Part shown: positions 22,093-31,872 of the stretch, piece by piece
Position numbering within the stretch: position 1 is the stretch's first letter
Layout of the letters: each line of letters starts with the position of its first letter
Source: Methanocellaceae archaeon UBA148
Lineage (GTDB): Archaea > Halobacteriota > UBA148
DNA: 64,000 bases
Assembly (NCBI GenBank): GCA_002495885.1
Contig: DAHG01000025.1
Span: 84,353 to 148,352 of the forward strand
Reading direction: 5' to 3'
The notes under the pieces: model-generated
What the model was told of the DNA's origin: nothing
Databases searched by the model: none
What the model saw: the letters and a program-made list of their open reading frames with translations, nothing else
Program-made: the position numbers and the translations under genes

Positions 22093-22485
22093 ATGGCAGT
22101 CCCAAGATTTTGGAGAAATATACCTGCAAGGTACAACTTGATAGGAACCAAGTGTTTGACGTGTGAGAAATGCTACTTTCCGCCACGTACAACGTGTCCA
22201 GCTTGCAGAAGGGCGGGTAAGATAGAGATGCACAAGTTCGAAGGCATCGGAGAAGTCGTCACTTATACTGTAATCCATTCTGCTTCAGAAGGTTTTGATA
22301 GACAGACTCCTTATGTGCTTGCAATAATCAGGTTGGATGAGGGGCCATGCATGACAGCTCAGATAGTCTGTGACCCTAATGAGATCGAAATCGGCATGAA
22401 GGTGCAATCTATTTTTAGAAAAATAGCTGAGGAAGGTCCAGACGGTGTTATTTGCTATGGCACAAAGTTCGCGCCAAAGAGGTAA
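22093..22485 (+). CDS. DUF35 OB-fold/zinc-ribbon scaffold protein of the thiolase-HMGCS complex
   Basis: 130 aa. CLTCEKCYFPPRTTCPACRR rubredoxin-like zinc ribbon followed by an OB fold. Confidence 0.8.
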   Translation: MAVPRFWRNIPARYNLIGTKCLTCEKCYFPPRTTCPACRRAGKIEMHKFEGIGEVVTYTVIHSASEGFDRQTPYVLAIIRLDEGPCMTAQIVCDPNEIEIGMKVQSIFRKIAEEGPDGVICYGTKFAPKR

Positions 22486-22490
22486 TTTGA

Positions 22491-23762
22491 ATGAAGAAAA
22501 CGTCAAGGATTTCAGGTTTATATAAACTCAGTCCCCAAGAAAGGTTAGAAAAGGTAAAGGAATTCACCAACTTGGATGATGAATCGGTTGAAAATATCAG
22601 GAAAAGCGGTGCACTGAGTATCGATCAAGCAGATAAAATGATCGAGAACGTAATTGGAGTCATAGAACTTCCCTTAGGGATTGCTACAAACTTCGTCATC
22701 AATGGAAAAGACTGCCTTATACCAATGGCGATAGAAGAGCCCTCTGTCATCGCGGCTGCTAGCAATGGTGCCAAAATGGCGAGAGATAAAGGGGGGTTTA
22801 CAGCCAATACCACGGAGCAGATAATGATCGGACAGATTCAACTGATTTGCGAGGATATAGAGGAGGCAAAAAATTCCATCTTGGGTGCAAGAAAACAAAT
22901 CCTGAAGATGGCAAACGAGCAAAACCCCACCCTGCTCAAACTTGGCGGTGGAGCCAAAGATATCGAGGTAAGGATTATTGAAACTCCCACGGGCAAAATG
23001 GTAATCACTCACTTGCTTGTGGATTGCAGAGATGCCATGGGAGCCAATACGGTCAATACGATGTGCGAGGCGGTGGCATCTCTAATTGAGCGACTGACCT
23101 CTGGTAGGGCTTATCTTCGAATAGTATCCAACTTGGCAGACAAGCGATTGGCAAGGTCAAAAGCGGTTTTTTCCAAAAAGGCATTAGGAGGAGACGATGT
23201 CGTTGATGCTATCCTCCAGGCCTATTATTTTGCTGCTGCGGACCCATATCGATGCGCAACCCACAATAAAGGCATAATGAATGGCGTTACTGCAGTAGCC
23301 TTAGCGACTGGCAATGACACAAGAGCCGTAGAAGCTGGTGCGCACGCATATGCATCTCTCTCAGGCAAATATAGTCCCTTGACAACATATGAAAAAAATG
23401 AAGACGGAGATCTGGTTGGAGCGATAGAATTGCCGCTTGCGGTTGGTCTAGTTGGCGGCGCAACCAAGGTACACCCAGTAGCTATCGCGAACGTGAAGAT
23501 TCTTGGGGTTAAAACCGTTTCGGAGCTAGCAGAGGTCATGGCATCGGTTGGCCTGGCACAAAATCTTGCTGCCCTTCGCGCTTTAGCGACAGAAGGGATA
23601 CAGAGAGGTCACATGTCTTTGCATGCAAAAAACATTGCAGTCATGGCAGGCTCAACCGGCGATATGGTGGATAGAGTTGCAAATGCTCTGGTCAGAGAAG
23701 GACGAATAAGATTGGATAGGGCCAAAGAGCTTCTAGAAGAGCTGTCAGAGGGTAAGGAATGA
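22491..23762 (+). CDS. hmgA: 3-hydroxy-3-methylglutaryl-CoA reductase (class I)
   Basis: 423 aa. ENVIGVIELPLGIATNF and DAMGAN motifs. Confidence 0.85.
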   Translation: MKKTSRISGLYKLSPQERLEKVKEFTNLDDESVENIRKSGALSIDQADKMIENVIGVIELPLGIATNFVINGKDCLIPMAIEEPSVIAAASNGAKMARDKGGFTANTTEQIMIGQIQLICEDIEEAKNSILGARKQILKMANEQNPTLLKLGGGAKDIEVRIIETPTGKMVITHLLVDCRDAMGANTVNTMCEAVASLIERLTSGRAYLRIVSNLADKRLARSKAVFSKKALGGDDVVDAILQAYYFAAADPYRCATHNKGIMNGVTAVALATGNDTRAVEAGAHAYASLSGKYSPLTTYEKNEDGDLVGAIELPLAVGLVGGATKVHPVAIANVKILGVKTVSELAEVMASVGLAQNLAALRALATEGIQRGHMSLHAKNIAVMAGSTGDMVDRVANALVREGRIRLDRAKELLEELSEGKE

Positions 23763-24556
23763 AAAGGGATAAAGTCCTGGTACCAGGACTGATGGAGATG
23801 AAAAGATCAGGAAAAAAAATTACCATGCTTACTGCCTACGACTATCCACTAGCACAGATATTGGATGAAGCCGGAATCGATATCTTGTTGGTAGGAGACT
23901 CCTTGGGAAACGTTGTCTTGGGTTATGAGAGTACCATTCCCGTAACGATGGAGGATATCATCCATCACACAAAAGCAGTTTCCAGGGGCGTAAAGAACGC
24001 TTTGGTCGTTAGTGATATGCCTTTTATGTCGTACTTTAGCGCAGAAGAGGCTCTGAGAAATTCTGGCAGATTGATTCAAGCTGGAGCTGAAGCAGTTAAA
24101 TTAGAGGGCGGTTTGGCGTTTGAGGATAAAATAAGAGCGCTGACTGAAGCAGGCATCCCTGTCATGGGGCACATTGGCTTGACGCCTCAATCCATACACC
24201 AGATGGGTGGATGTAAAGTTCAGGGCAAGACGCCTGAAGCCGCAAAAAAGATACTGAATGACGCAAAAGCTGTTGAAAGGGCAGGAGCCTTTTCAATCAT
24301 ACTGGAAGGGGTGCCCTCAAACCTGGCAAAAAATATCACTGAGGAGCTAAAGGTGCCCACCATTGGCTGTGGTGCCGGGGTTCACTGTGATGGACAGGTT
24401 TTGGTAACCCACGATATCCTGGGTTTCTATGATTTCGCCCCCAGATTCGTGAAGAGATATGCGAACTTGAGAAGTGTCATCTCAGAGGCATCCAGAAAAT
24501 ATAAAGAAGAAGTGGAGGGCGGAGCGTTTCCCACCGATGAGTATAGTTATTTATGA
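23759..24556 (+). CDS. panB: 3-methyl-2-oxobutanoate hydroxymethyltransferase (ketopantoate hydroxymethyltransferase)
   Basis: 265 aa. KITMLTAYDYPLAQILDEAGIDILLVGDSLGNVVLGY signature. Confidence 0.85.
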   Translation: MKRDKVLVPGLMEMKRSGKKITMLTAYDYPLAQILDEAGIDILLVGDSLGNVVLGYESTIPVTMEDIIHHTKAVSRGVKNALVVSDMPFMSYFSAEEALRNSGRLIQAGAEAVKLEGGLAFEDKIRALTEAGIPVMGHIGLTPQSIHQMGGCKVQGKTPEAAKKILNDAKAVERAGAFSIILEGVPSNLAKNITEELKVPTIGCGAGVHCDGQVLVTHDILGFYDFAPRFVKRYANLRSVISEASRKYKEEVEGGAFPTDEYSYL

Positions 24557-24623
24557 TTGAAATCTAACTGATCATCCCTAGAGTAATACCATGCATGGAT
24601 TTGATAGAGAGAGCGCCAGCCCA

Positions 24624-25088
24624 TTACAAAAGATGTTCTGCGATGTTCTCAGAGATAGTTCTCTCGCAATAGATACACCTTAATCGTATTTGACTTTGAG
24701 ACTTGTCAATAGTGAACTTGGATATTACCGGCTCGTGTGTATTCGAGATGCAATTCGGGTTAGCGCATCTCACAACACCAACGACAGCATCTGGCAAAAT
24801 TACCTTGTCTTTTTTGGTTACCTTATAGTCACGTATAATATTGATTGTGGCCAAGGGTGCAATCAGAGCAATCTTGTCCACTTCATGCGGTTTTAGCTCC
24901 CGATCCTCAACTTTTACGATGTCTTTTGTATGCGCCTTCTTAGACTGCACATTCATGACTGCGCTGACTACAGCATCTGAGGTACCAACGATGCCAAGTA
25001 TCTTGAGCACGTTTAATGCCTGGCCGGGTGCGATGTGATCTATTACAGTACCGTTTCGGATAGGATGAACACGCAGCTCTCTTTTCAT
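24624..25088 (-). CDS. pyrI: Aspartate carbamoyltransferase regulatory subunit
   Basis: 154 aa. C-terminal zinc domain CANPNCIS...CIYCER. Confidence 0.85.
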   Translation of the reverse strand: MKRELRVHPIRNGTVIDHIAPGQALNVLKILGIVGTSDAVVSAVMNVQSKKAHTKDIVKVEDRELKPHEVDKIALIAPLATINIIRDYKVTKKDKVILPDAVVGVVRCANPNCISNTHEPVISKFTIDKSQSQIRLRCIYCERTISENIAEHLL

Positions 25089-26023
25089 ACATCACACCCC
25101 AGCACCAAGGACAAAACTGCCATCCTGACCGGAACGCCATAAAAAGCTTGCTTGAAATATTTAGCATGCTTCGTAGAATCCATCTCTGTATCTATCTCGT
25201 CCACTCGTGGGAGAGGGTGCATGATTATCATGTCTTCTTTGCAGTTTTTCAGGGATTTTAACGAAATTCGATAGCTTCCTGCAACCTTTTGGTACTCGCT
25301 CAGGTCCGGGAACCTTTCCTTTTGTATACGCGTGACATAGACGACGTCTGCATCCTCCATAACATCTTCCAATTTGGTGGTTTCATAGACATCTATTCCG
25401 CTTTTGGTCAGATCCTCTTTGATGTCACTTGGTATGCACAGCTGTTCCGGTGAAACCAAAGATATTTTAGCACCATATAAAGACAGGGCATAAACGAGTG
25501 AGTGAACGGTCCGACCGTATTTAAGATCGCCAATTAGCGCTATGTTCAGGTTTCGAAGATTGCTCTCTCGTTTGATAGTGTAGAGATCGAGCAATGTCTG
25601 GGTTGGATGATGACCCGCACCATCGCCAGCATTTATGATGGGAACATCTGACATCTCTGCTGACATCCTTGTAGATCCTTCTTTTGGATGACGTAGAACT
25701 ATGACATCCGCATATTCCCCGACTACTCTGATAGTATCTGCCAGCATCTCACCTTTTGCCGCCGAACTGGCCTCAGTAGAGACCATGCTGATTGTCTCGC
25801 CGCCCAATCGCTTCATAGCGGTCTCAAAAGAAAGCCTGGTGCGGGTAGAGGGTTCATAGAACAACATCGCCAAAATTTTACCAGCTAATATGTCTGTACT
25901 CCTTTCTGAAGCAAATGTCTCAAGCGCTTCAGCCCTTTGAAGAATATGATCTATTTCTGCTCGGGAGAAATCCCTCATCGAAATGATGTGTTTTTTGGCA
26001 AACATCAAATTAATTATGTTCAA
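25085..26023 (-). CDS. pyrB: Aspartate carbamoyltransferase catalytic subunit
   Basis: 312 aa. STRTR and HPLP carbamoyltransferase motifs. Overlaps the pyrI start. Confidence 0.9.
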   Translation of the reverse strand: MNIINLMFAKKHIISMRDFSRAEIDHILQRAEALETFASERSTDILAGKILAMLFYEPSTRTRLSFETAMKRLGGETISMVSTEASSAAKGEMLADTIRVVGEYADVIVLRHPKEGSTRMSAEMSDVPIINAGDGAGHHPTQTLLDLYTIKRESNLRNLNIALIGDLKYGRTVHSLVYALSLYGAKISLVSPEQLCIPSDIKEDLTKSGIDVYETTKLEDVMEDADVVYVTRIQKERFPDLSEYQKVAGSYRISLKSLKNCKEDMIIMHPLPRVDEIDTEMDSTKHAKYFKQAFYGVPVRMAVLSLVLGCDV

Positions 26024-26218
26024 GGACGCCTTAAAATTATTTATCGGAAGTTGAGAAAGAAATAGAGAACAATTTAACAGGAATGATTAAAAAATGGGCA
26101 TCGTACTGGGGGTCTTTCTAATAGAGAACATACCTATGAAAGTATTTTAAACAGATTTGCCTATGTGGGTATAACCCTCATGATTTATATGCCGATACAT
26201 TATATTACTCCTCAATCA

Positions 26219-27460
26219 ATGGGTGCAAAGACATTGACCGAAAAAGGTAAATTGAAGATCGAATGGGCAAGAAGGCATATGCCCGTTTTGGATGACATAC
26301 GAAGTCGATTCGAGAGGGAAAAGCCCCTTAGAGGACACATAATCGGAATGGCACTCCATGTCGAGGCTAAAACAGCTGTCCTAGTCGAGACATTAGTTTT
26401 GGGAGGCGCAGAAGTCGCTATTACAGGTTGCAATCCACTGAGCACTCAGGATGATGTCGCTCTCGCACTAAATCAGCAAAAAAACGTCGAATGCTATGCA
26501 AAGCATAATTGCTCTACAAAGGAATATTATAAGGCAATAGATGCAGTGCTTGATCACAATCCAGATATCACAATCGATGACGGGGCAGATCTCATTTTCA
26601 AACTTCATACCGATCGTCGCGAGCTACTGCCAAACATCATCGGAGCATGCGAGGAGACGACCACAGGAGTCCATCGTCTAAGAGCAATGCAAGCTGATGG
26701 CAAACTGGAGTTTCCAGTAATTGCCATAAACGATGCTAGGACGAAGTTTTTATTTGACAATCGCTATGGCACCGGACAATCTACCCTGGATGGTATCATA
26801 CGTACCACGAACATGCTAATCGCTGGTAAGAATGTCGTCATAGCAGGCTATGGTTGGTGTGGCAAAGGCGTTGCCATGAGGGCTAAAGGTCATGGTGCAA
26901 ATGTCATAATAACAGAGGTTGACCCAGTTCGGGCATTAGAAGCCCAGATGGATGGGCACAGAGTAATGCCAATGGATAAAGCCGCAAATATCGGAGACTT
27001 GTTCATCACCACAACGGGTAACAAGGATGTCATCACCAAAGAACATTTTAGATCGATGAGGGATGGCGCCATTTTAGCCAATTCAGGTCATTTCAATGTG
27101 GAGATCAATATAGACCATATAAATGAGATCGCAAAAAGCATCAGAGAAGTTCGGGCAAACATAGATGAATATGACCTTGGGGACAAGAAAATCTATTTGC
27201 TCTCAAAAGGGAGATTAGTAAATCTTGCTAGTGGCGATGGACATCCTATAGAGGTCATGGACATGAGCTTTTCATTACAAGCACTTTGCGTTCGATATAT
27301 CGCAGATCATGCCCATGGGATGAAAAGCCAAGTTTATGATGTGCCCCAGGAAATCGATGAGTTAGTTGCCAGATTGAAACTAAAATCGATGCAAATCGAT
27401 ATCGATCAAATGAGTGCCGAACAAAGAGAATATGCCAGTGGATGGAAACAAGGCACTTAA
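26219..27460 (+). CDS. ahcY: Adenosylhomocysteinase. The listed ORF begins at 26165, but the start is more likely the Met at about 26219 (MGAKTLTEKG).
   Basis: SAHH family. NAD-binding region GYGWCGKGVA and GCNPLSTQDDVA. Confidence 0.85.
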   Translation: MGAKTLTEKGKLKIEWARRHMPVLDDIRSRFEREKPLRGHIIGMALHVEAKTAVLVETLVLGGAEVAITGCNPLSTQDDVALALNQQKNVECYAKHNCSTKEYYKAIDAVLDHNPDITIDDGADLIFKLHTDRRELLPNIIGACEETTTGVHRLRAMQADGKLEFPVIAINDARTKFLFDNRYGTGQSTLDGIIRTTNMLIAGKNVVIAGYGWCGKGVAMRAKGHGANVIITEVDPVRALEAQMDGHRVMPMDKAANIGDLFITTTGNKDVITKEHFRSMRDGAILANSGHFNVEINIDHINEIAKSIREVRANIDEYDLGDKKIYLLSKGRLVNLASGDGHPIEVMDMSFSLQALCVRYIADHAHGMKSQVYDVPQEIDELVARLKLKSMQIDIDQMSAEQREYASGWKQGT

Positions 27461-27734
27461 CCTAGATTACTCTTCTAAAATTTTCAACCGTTCTTTTGTC
27501 CACCCCAATGCAGGGAATAAGTAAAAATAAACCCCAGTGTGTCTGTCAATATTCTGGGCGTGATGAGCACCTGCTAGCACGACCACCCCATCAAACATTT
27601 GTCCGCAGGTTCCAACACCCCCAGATCGGTTTGCACTTTTTTTAAGAACCGAGCCTTTAACCAAAAATGCGCCTACAGTTCCAATGAATATGATGAAGCC
27701 CAAAGTGGAAAATAGTTCCGTAATCAGTGTCAGT

Positions 27735-28280
27735 TTACCCAACATTTTCAACATATCTTTTACTATAAAACTTGTAAATTAAAACAGCCATACCCAATAT
27801 GAAAACTCCAAACTCGACGCTGTTGCTAAACTGAACGTATTCTTTAAGGGGTAATAAATAATCTAGGGTAGCTGGTACGATTTCGTGAATCGCGGTAGCC
27901 GTTGTTTCCGTTACCTCTGCTCCAGTTATTGGATCTATCGTTGTCGTTTTCACGATCTCCAGTCCAAGTTCTGCATCAATCATAAAATTTCGGACGGAGA
28001 ATGGATAAAAAGGTATGACCCCCCCATCAAAGACGTCTAAGAACAGGTGGCTGCTAAGATATACGACTGCTATTGCTATTTTTTGTGATTTATTTTTGAG
28101 ATAAAACATAAGCAGGCACAGCGGAATGAAGATATTGTGTAATGTCCCCCTGTGCACTAAAAAGTAGTCCAAGTCTGGAAATAACGAGACAGGCAGCAGC
28201 ATTAAGATAGACCTGAGGTCATCATAAAAGATTAATAACATTAGCATTGGAATTATTATATGCATACTAGCATTCGCCAT
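27735..28280 (-). CDS. Membrane-bound metal-dependent hydrolase (YdjM/DUF457-like)
   Basis: 181 aa polytopic membrane protein with conserved His residues (HRGTLHN, SHLFLD). Confidence 0.4.
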   Translation of the reverse strand: MANASMHIIIPMLMLLIFYDDLRSILMLLPVSLFPDLDYFLVHRGTLHNIFIPLCLLMFYLKNKSQKIAIAVVYLSSHLFLDVFDGGVIPFYPFSVRNFMIDAELGLEIVKTTTIDPITGAEVTETTATAIHEIVPATLDYLLPLKEYVQFSNSVEFGVFILGMAVLIYKFYSKRYVENVG

Positions 28281-28314
28281 ATTCCAAATCCTCTCTTTTT
28301 GTGCCGAATTATTT

Positions 28315-28818
28315 TCAATAAACAGTAACGCTTTTAACAGAAGATAACTTCATCATTGCATTTATAAGGTCGCCAGAAGCTTTTTCATTGGTTATGATCG
28401 TTAGTTTGGGATCTTCCGTGAAATAGGGATCGTCTGTTACAGCTTGTCGAATACTGATCCCTTGCCCTGCTATCAGAGATGCAACATCGCCAAGTATGCC
28501 TGTTTGCTGGGCATCTTGCGGGGTTATAATTATTACACTAAGGCCGAGTAAGGGTGCAACTTCCTTCAGAAAAGTTATTGAATGGAGGTTCTGAAAGACC
28601 TTGCTGAGTTTGTCGTCCTCTAGGATGACCCTGGTAGTTGCATTGACGACCCTTCGATCTACACAGATCTCCTTTGCTATTTGCGTATGAGGTATTTCTA
28701 TGGTGCCAGAGACAACCTTCCCTTCTGAATTGATCTGGAAACCTCTCTCAAAAAGAAGACGAATTACTTTTTCCTGTGCTGGGAAATGGCTGAATTTTTT
28801 TATGATTTCTGCCCACAT
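28315..28818 (-). CDS. Predicted regulator with a C-terminal ACT-like domain (COG2150-like)
   Basis: 167 aa. N-terminal winged-helix-like region and a C-terminal ACT-like Gly-rich segment (GDVASLIAGQGISIRQA). Confidence 0.35.
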   Translation of the reverse strand: MWAEIIKKFSHFPAQEKVIRLLFERGFQINSEGKVVSGTIEIPHTQIAKEICVDRRVVNATTRVILEDDKLSKVFQNLHSITFLKEVAPLLGLSVIIITPQDAQQTGILGDVASLIAGQGISIRQAVTDDPYFTEDPKLTIITNEKASGDLINAMMKLSSVKSVTVY

Positions 28819-29161
28819 AATAAAAACCCCACTTCTACATACTCTTCACAATATACACCCTAATATATACTCTTTATAATAGACCCTTACAAAGAATTAA
28901 GTGTTCCCTCAATGTTACAAGTGCACATATCATTCGTGATGAATATATCACTAACTAATACTGGTGCATACATTATTGATGGAATGGAGGGAGCAAAGAA
29001 AGAGCTCTAGTGCTGTTGCTGACTACTACCCATTTTAAGCGTCCCCTAAAATTTTCATTTTTCGCAGGATGACTTCCATAGACTAGTTTAACTAAATAAA
29101 AAAGTTTTTTAAGAGAGGCCATCCTAAAACCGTCAGAAATTCACCATACTTAGTTTTCTGG

Positions 29162-29584
29162 TTATTCTTTCTCAGTTTCATTTTCAGAAGGCTTCTCTGG
29201 GGTGACTTTTTGCAATTGTTCGACTTCCTCCTCAAACTTTGAAGGCTGAATTTTGATGAGCCAGCCACTATTTTCAGGGTCACTATTAATTAATTGGGGC
29301 TTATTTAACAGATCACGATTGAAATCAATTATTGTTCCTGAGATCGGCATAAATAAACCACCTGCAAGAGCCCCCATATATCCAGCAAAAGAAGCCCCCT
29401 TGACAAGATAAGTCCCTATGGGTTTAATTTTTATGGTTTTCACTCCATGAACTTCTGCGCCCACGGGAGTAAAACCCATTCTCAGGTTTTTATCCTCCAT
29501 TTTTAACCAGTAATACTCCTCATCAGAATAGTAAAGCTCTTCTGAGACTTCTTCGGGTATGTCGTCTTTCTCTTCCTTCATCAT
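29162..29584 (-). CDS. Glycine-cleavage H-protein family protein, apparently lacking the lipoyl-lysine
   Basis: 140 aa. GcvH-like ...P.SGTIIDFN..L...P.LIN.DP...GWLIKI region, but the ESVKA lipoylation position reads GALAGG. It also has an acidic C-terminal tail. Confidence 0.5.
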   Translation of the reverse strand: MMKEEKDDIPEEVSEELYYSDEEYYWLKMEDKNLRMGFTPVGAEVHGVKTIKIKPIGTYLVKGASFAGYMGALAGGLFMPISGTIIDFNRDLLNKPQLINSDPENSGWLIKIQPSKFEEEVEQLQKVTPEKPSENETEKE

Positions 29585-29754
29585 AAAACACCTGATATTG
29601 ATATAGGGATTGATGTACTTAAAATTACTGTGGACTTTTTGGTTGTTAGTTCCTCATCCAAGCTAGAAAGCTAAAATCTGAGGAGGGAATTAGCGGTTAT
29701 GATGCGCATCAAATCTTATCTGGCTGCAAGTGAGATGACTTAGACCTAGATCAT

Positions 29755-31824
29755 TTAATACATTTTAGTACATTTATTATTAGAATCCAGCAGCCTGATA
29801 TCGTTAAAGAAGTTCATCAGTGAATATTTGACCCCGTCCTGCTCTACATCCACGATTTCAACCTGTTCCTCTGGTGGAAAGTCCCTGAATACAGAATATT
29901 TTCCCATGATTTTAGGAGAATCGCTGGTATATCTGGCATCTAAAAGCACCCTTGCGCCGTAATCATCCGGAGATCTCACTACCCGGCCCATGGCATGCCT
30001 TACCTTTCTAATGGTTGGGATTTCAATCGCATATTCCCATCCTTTTCCAGAACCGAACTCGTGGTCATATGCATATTGGATCGCTCGGACTTTGTCACCT
30101 AGGGCAGGATAACCTACGCCCACTACGACAACTGTTCTTGCCCGACGGTCCCTGTAATCTATTCCTTCGGTCAGTGTTCCCCAGAGGTATGTAAGCAAAA
30201 CTGCTTTACCGCCTGATTCTCCGATCTCAAAGAACTTTTCCTTGATATCCATCGGAGAAACGCCAACTTCATCAAGAAACATTGGGACGCTTACGTCCAA
30301 AAGGGTATAATATCGCGCAGCTTCACCATAATTGGGAAAGAAAAGCAGTACATTCCCATCTGATTGCTCTATGACATCCTCCAACACACCTTTGATCGCT
30401 CCCATAACATCTGGGTCCTCTCGATTCCTCATAACAAATGGCAAAGTGGCCACTGCAATTGTGTGTCTACGTTTCTTGGAAAAAGGAGTGGTATATGAAA
30501 TCTCAGTCGTTTTCCGTTGAATGCCCAATGTCCTCTTTATGGTTTCAAACGGCCTTAGCGTAGCAGATATCAAAACCGCTGAATACAGTGAATCGAACAA
30601 GGGCTGAGTCACATTTTTAGGGATACACGTGTAAAGCTCAATCCCGCTAGTTATCTCGCCGTCTTCCCGTCGAACATTTACCAGCGGGTAATATCCTGGT
30701 TCGCTTGCCAATTTCAAGTAATCCTTGAAGAACAATGAGACGGCCAGCACGTAGGACATTTTTAATGTATCGGATAAACCCGCTTTATACTGATTATGAT
30801 ATATCGATTCGAGTTCTTTACCTCGCACATATGCTTTTTCCACTAACTCATTTATATCAGGCAGACGCTGAAGAATGCGCTTGCTCAACAAATCCTCTGT
30901 GCCAGCAGGGTCTCTTATGCGAAGATCGTACCACTCTGTGCCAATCCGCTCTCTCTCGCCAAAGCCAAATCTAGATTCATATGTCTCTCGCAGCGTATCC
31001 TTCAGGGTATTAAGAAATGTGTAAATTTCATCCTCATCAACTTCAATGTCAATCACCTCATTTATCGCCTTATCGATAAATTGCTCGGTCAGCTTTAGCG
31101 AAGCATGTGATCTGGCTGCAGATTCGATATTATGTGCTTCATCAAATATGACTATGATGTCGCTTAGCTCACGTCCAAGCCATGCCAAAAGATTCGACAG
31201 AATATCAGGATTTAACAGATGGTGGTAATTGCAGATGACCAAATCTGTATCACGCATACCTCTTTTTAATAATTCATATCCACACATTCCATCCACAACT
31301 GCATGCTCATGGACTTCTTCCGGCGTTCTCACATCAGATGAAAGCCAGTGAAAGAAATCTGTGGCATCATCTCGGAGAATATTAGCGAGATATTCACAGG
31401 AACGCTTTTTAAGGTCCTTCAAACGCCCCGCATATGCTTGGGATTGCTCTAGCTCGATCATTTCGTAGGTGTTTTCTCTCAGCAGATTACACTCCTCATA
31501 ATCCTTTTTAAGGGGGCACATGTGTAATTTGCCTTTTAGCACGATAGCATTGATGTTTGCCACATTTTTGATCTCCTTTGCTTCATCTATGAACTGAAGC
31601 ATTTGCTGATGGACATTGGTGGCTATTAGAACTACTTTATCATGGTTTTTTGCAACATGCAAGGATGGGACAAGGGAGCTAAGCGTTTTCCCGGTTCCGC
31701 ATGCACCTTCAAACAAGACGATTTCTTTACCTAGGAGGGCTCGATAGATCTCATCCATCGCTTTTTTCTGGTTTGGATAAAAAGATTTTTTTGGAAAGTA
31801 TCTCAAATACCCTTCATTCATCAC
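29755..31824 (-). CDS. xpd: XPD/Rad3-family 5'-3' DNA helicase (Fe-S helicase)
   Basis: 689 aa. Walker A (GACGTGKT), DEAH box (FDEAHNIE), and a 4-Cys Fe-S domain (CPLKK..C..C). Confidence 0.85.
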   Translation of the reverse strand: MMNEGYLRYFPKKSFYPNQKKAMDEIYRALLGKEIVLFEGACGTGKTLSSLVPSLHVAKNHDKVVLIATNVHQQMLQFIDEAKEIKNVANINAIVLKGKLHMCPLKKDYEECNLLRENTYEMIELEQSQAYAGRLKDLKKRSCEYLANILRDDATDFFHWLSSDVRTPEEVHEHAVVDGMCGYELLKRGMRDTDLVICNYHHLLNPDILSNLLAWLGRELSDIIVIFDEAHNIESAARSHASLKLTEQFIDKAINEVIDIEVDEDEIYTFLNTLKDTLRETYESRFGFGERERIGTEWYDLRIRDPAGTEDLLSKRILQRLPDINELVEKAYVRGKELESIYHNQYKAGLSDTLKMSYVLAVSLFFKDYLKLASEPGYYPLVNVRREDGEITSGIELYTCIPKNVTQPLFDSLYSAVLISATLRPFETIKRTLGIQRKTTEISYTTPFSKKRRHTIAVATLPFVMRNREDPDVMGAIKGVLEDVIEQSDGNVLLFFPNYGEAARYYTLLDVSVPMFLDEVGVSPMDIKEKFFEIGESGGKAVLLTYLWGTLTEGIDYRDRRARTVVVVGVGYPALGDKVRAIQYAYDHEFGSGKGWEYAIEIPTIRKVRHAMGRVVRSPDDYGARVLLDARYTSDSPKIMGKYSVFRDFPPEEQVEIVDVEQDGVKYSLMNFFNDIRLLDSNNKCTKMY

Positions 31825-31872
31825 GTTCTAGAGTATTTTCATTGTACATAAATTAACGTTGACCCCAAATAC

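Noticed and set aside
27467-27754. 95-aa minus ORF between ahcY and the DUF457 gene
   Set aside because: It overlaps the DUF457 gene's 3' end and has no recognisable family. It may be a small membrane protein, but there is too little evidence to call it.
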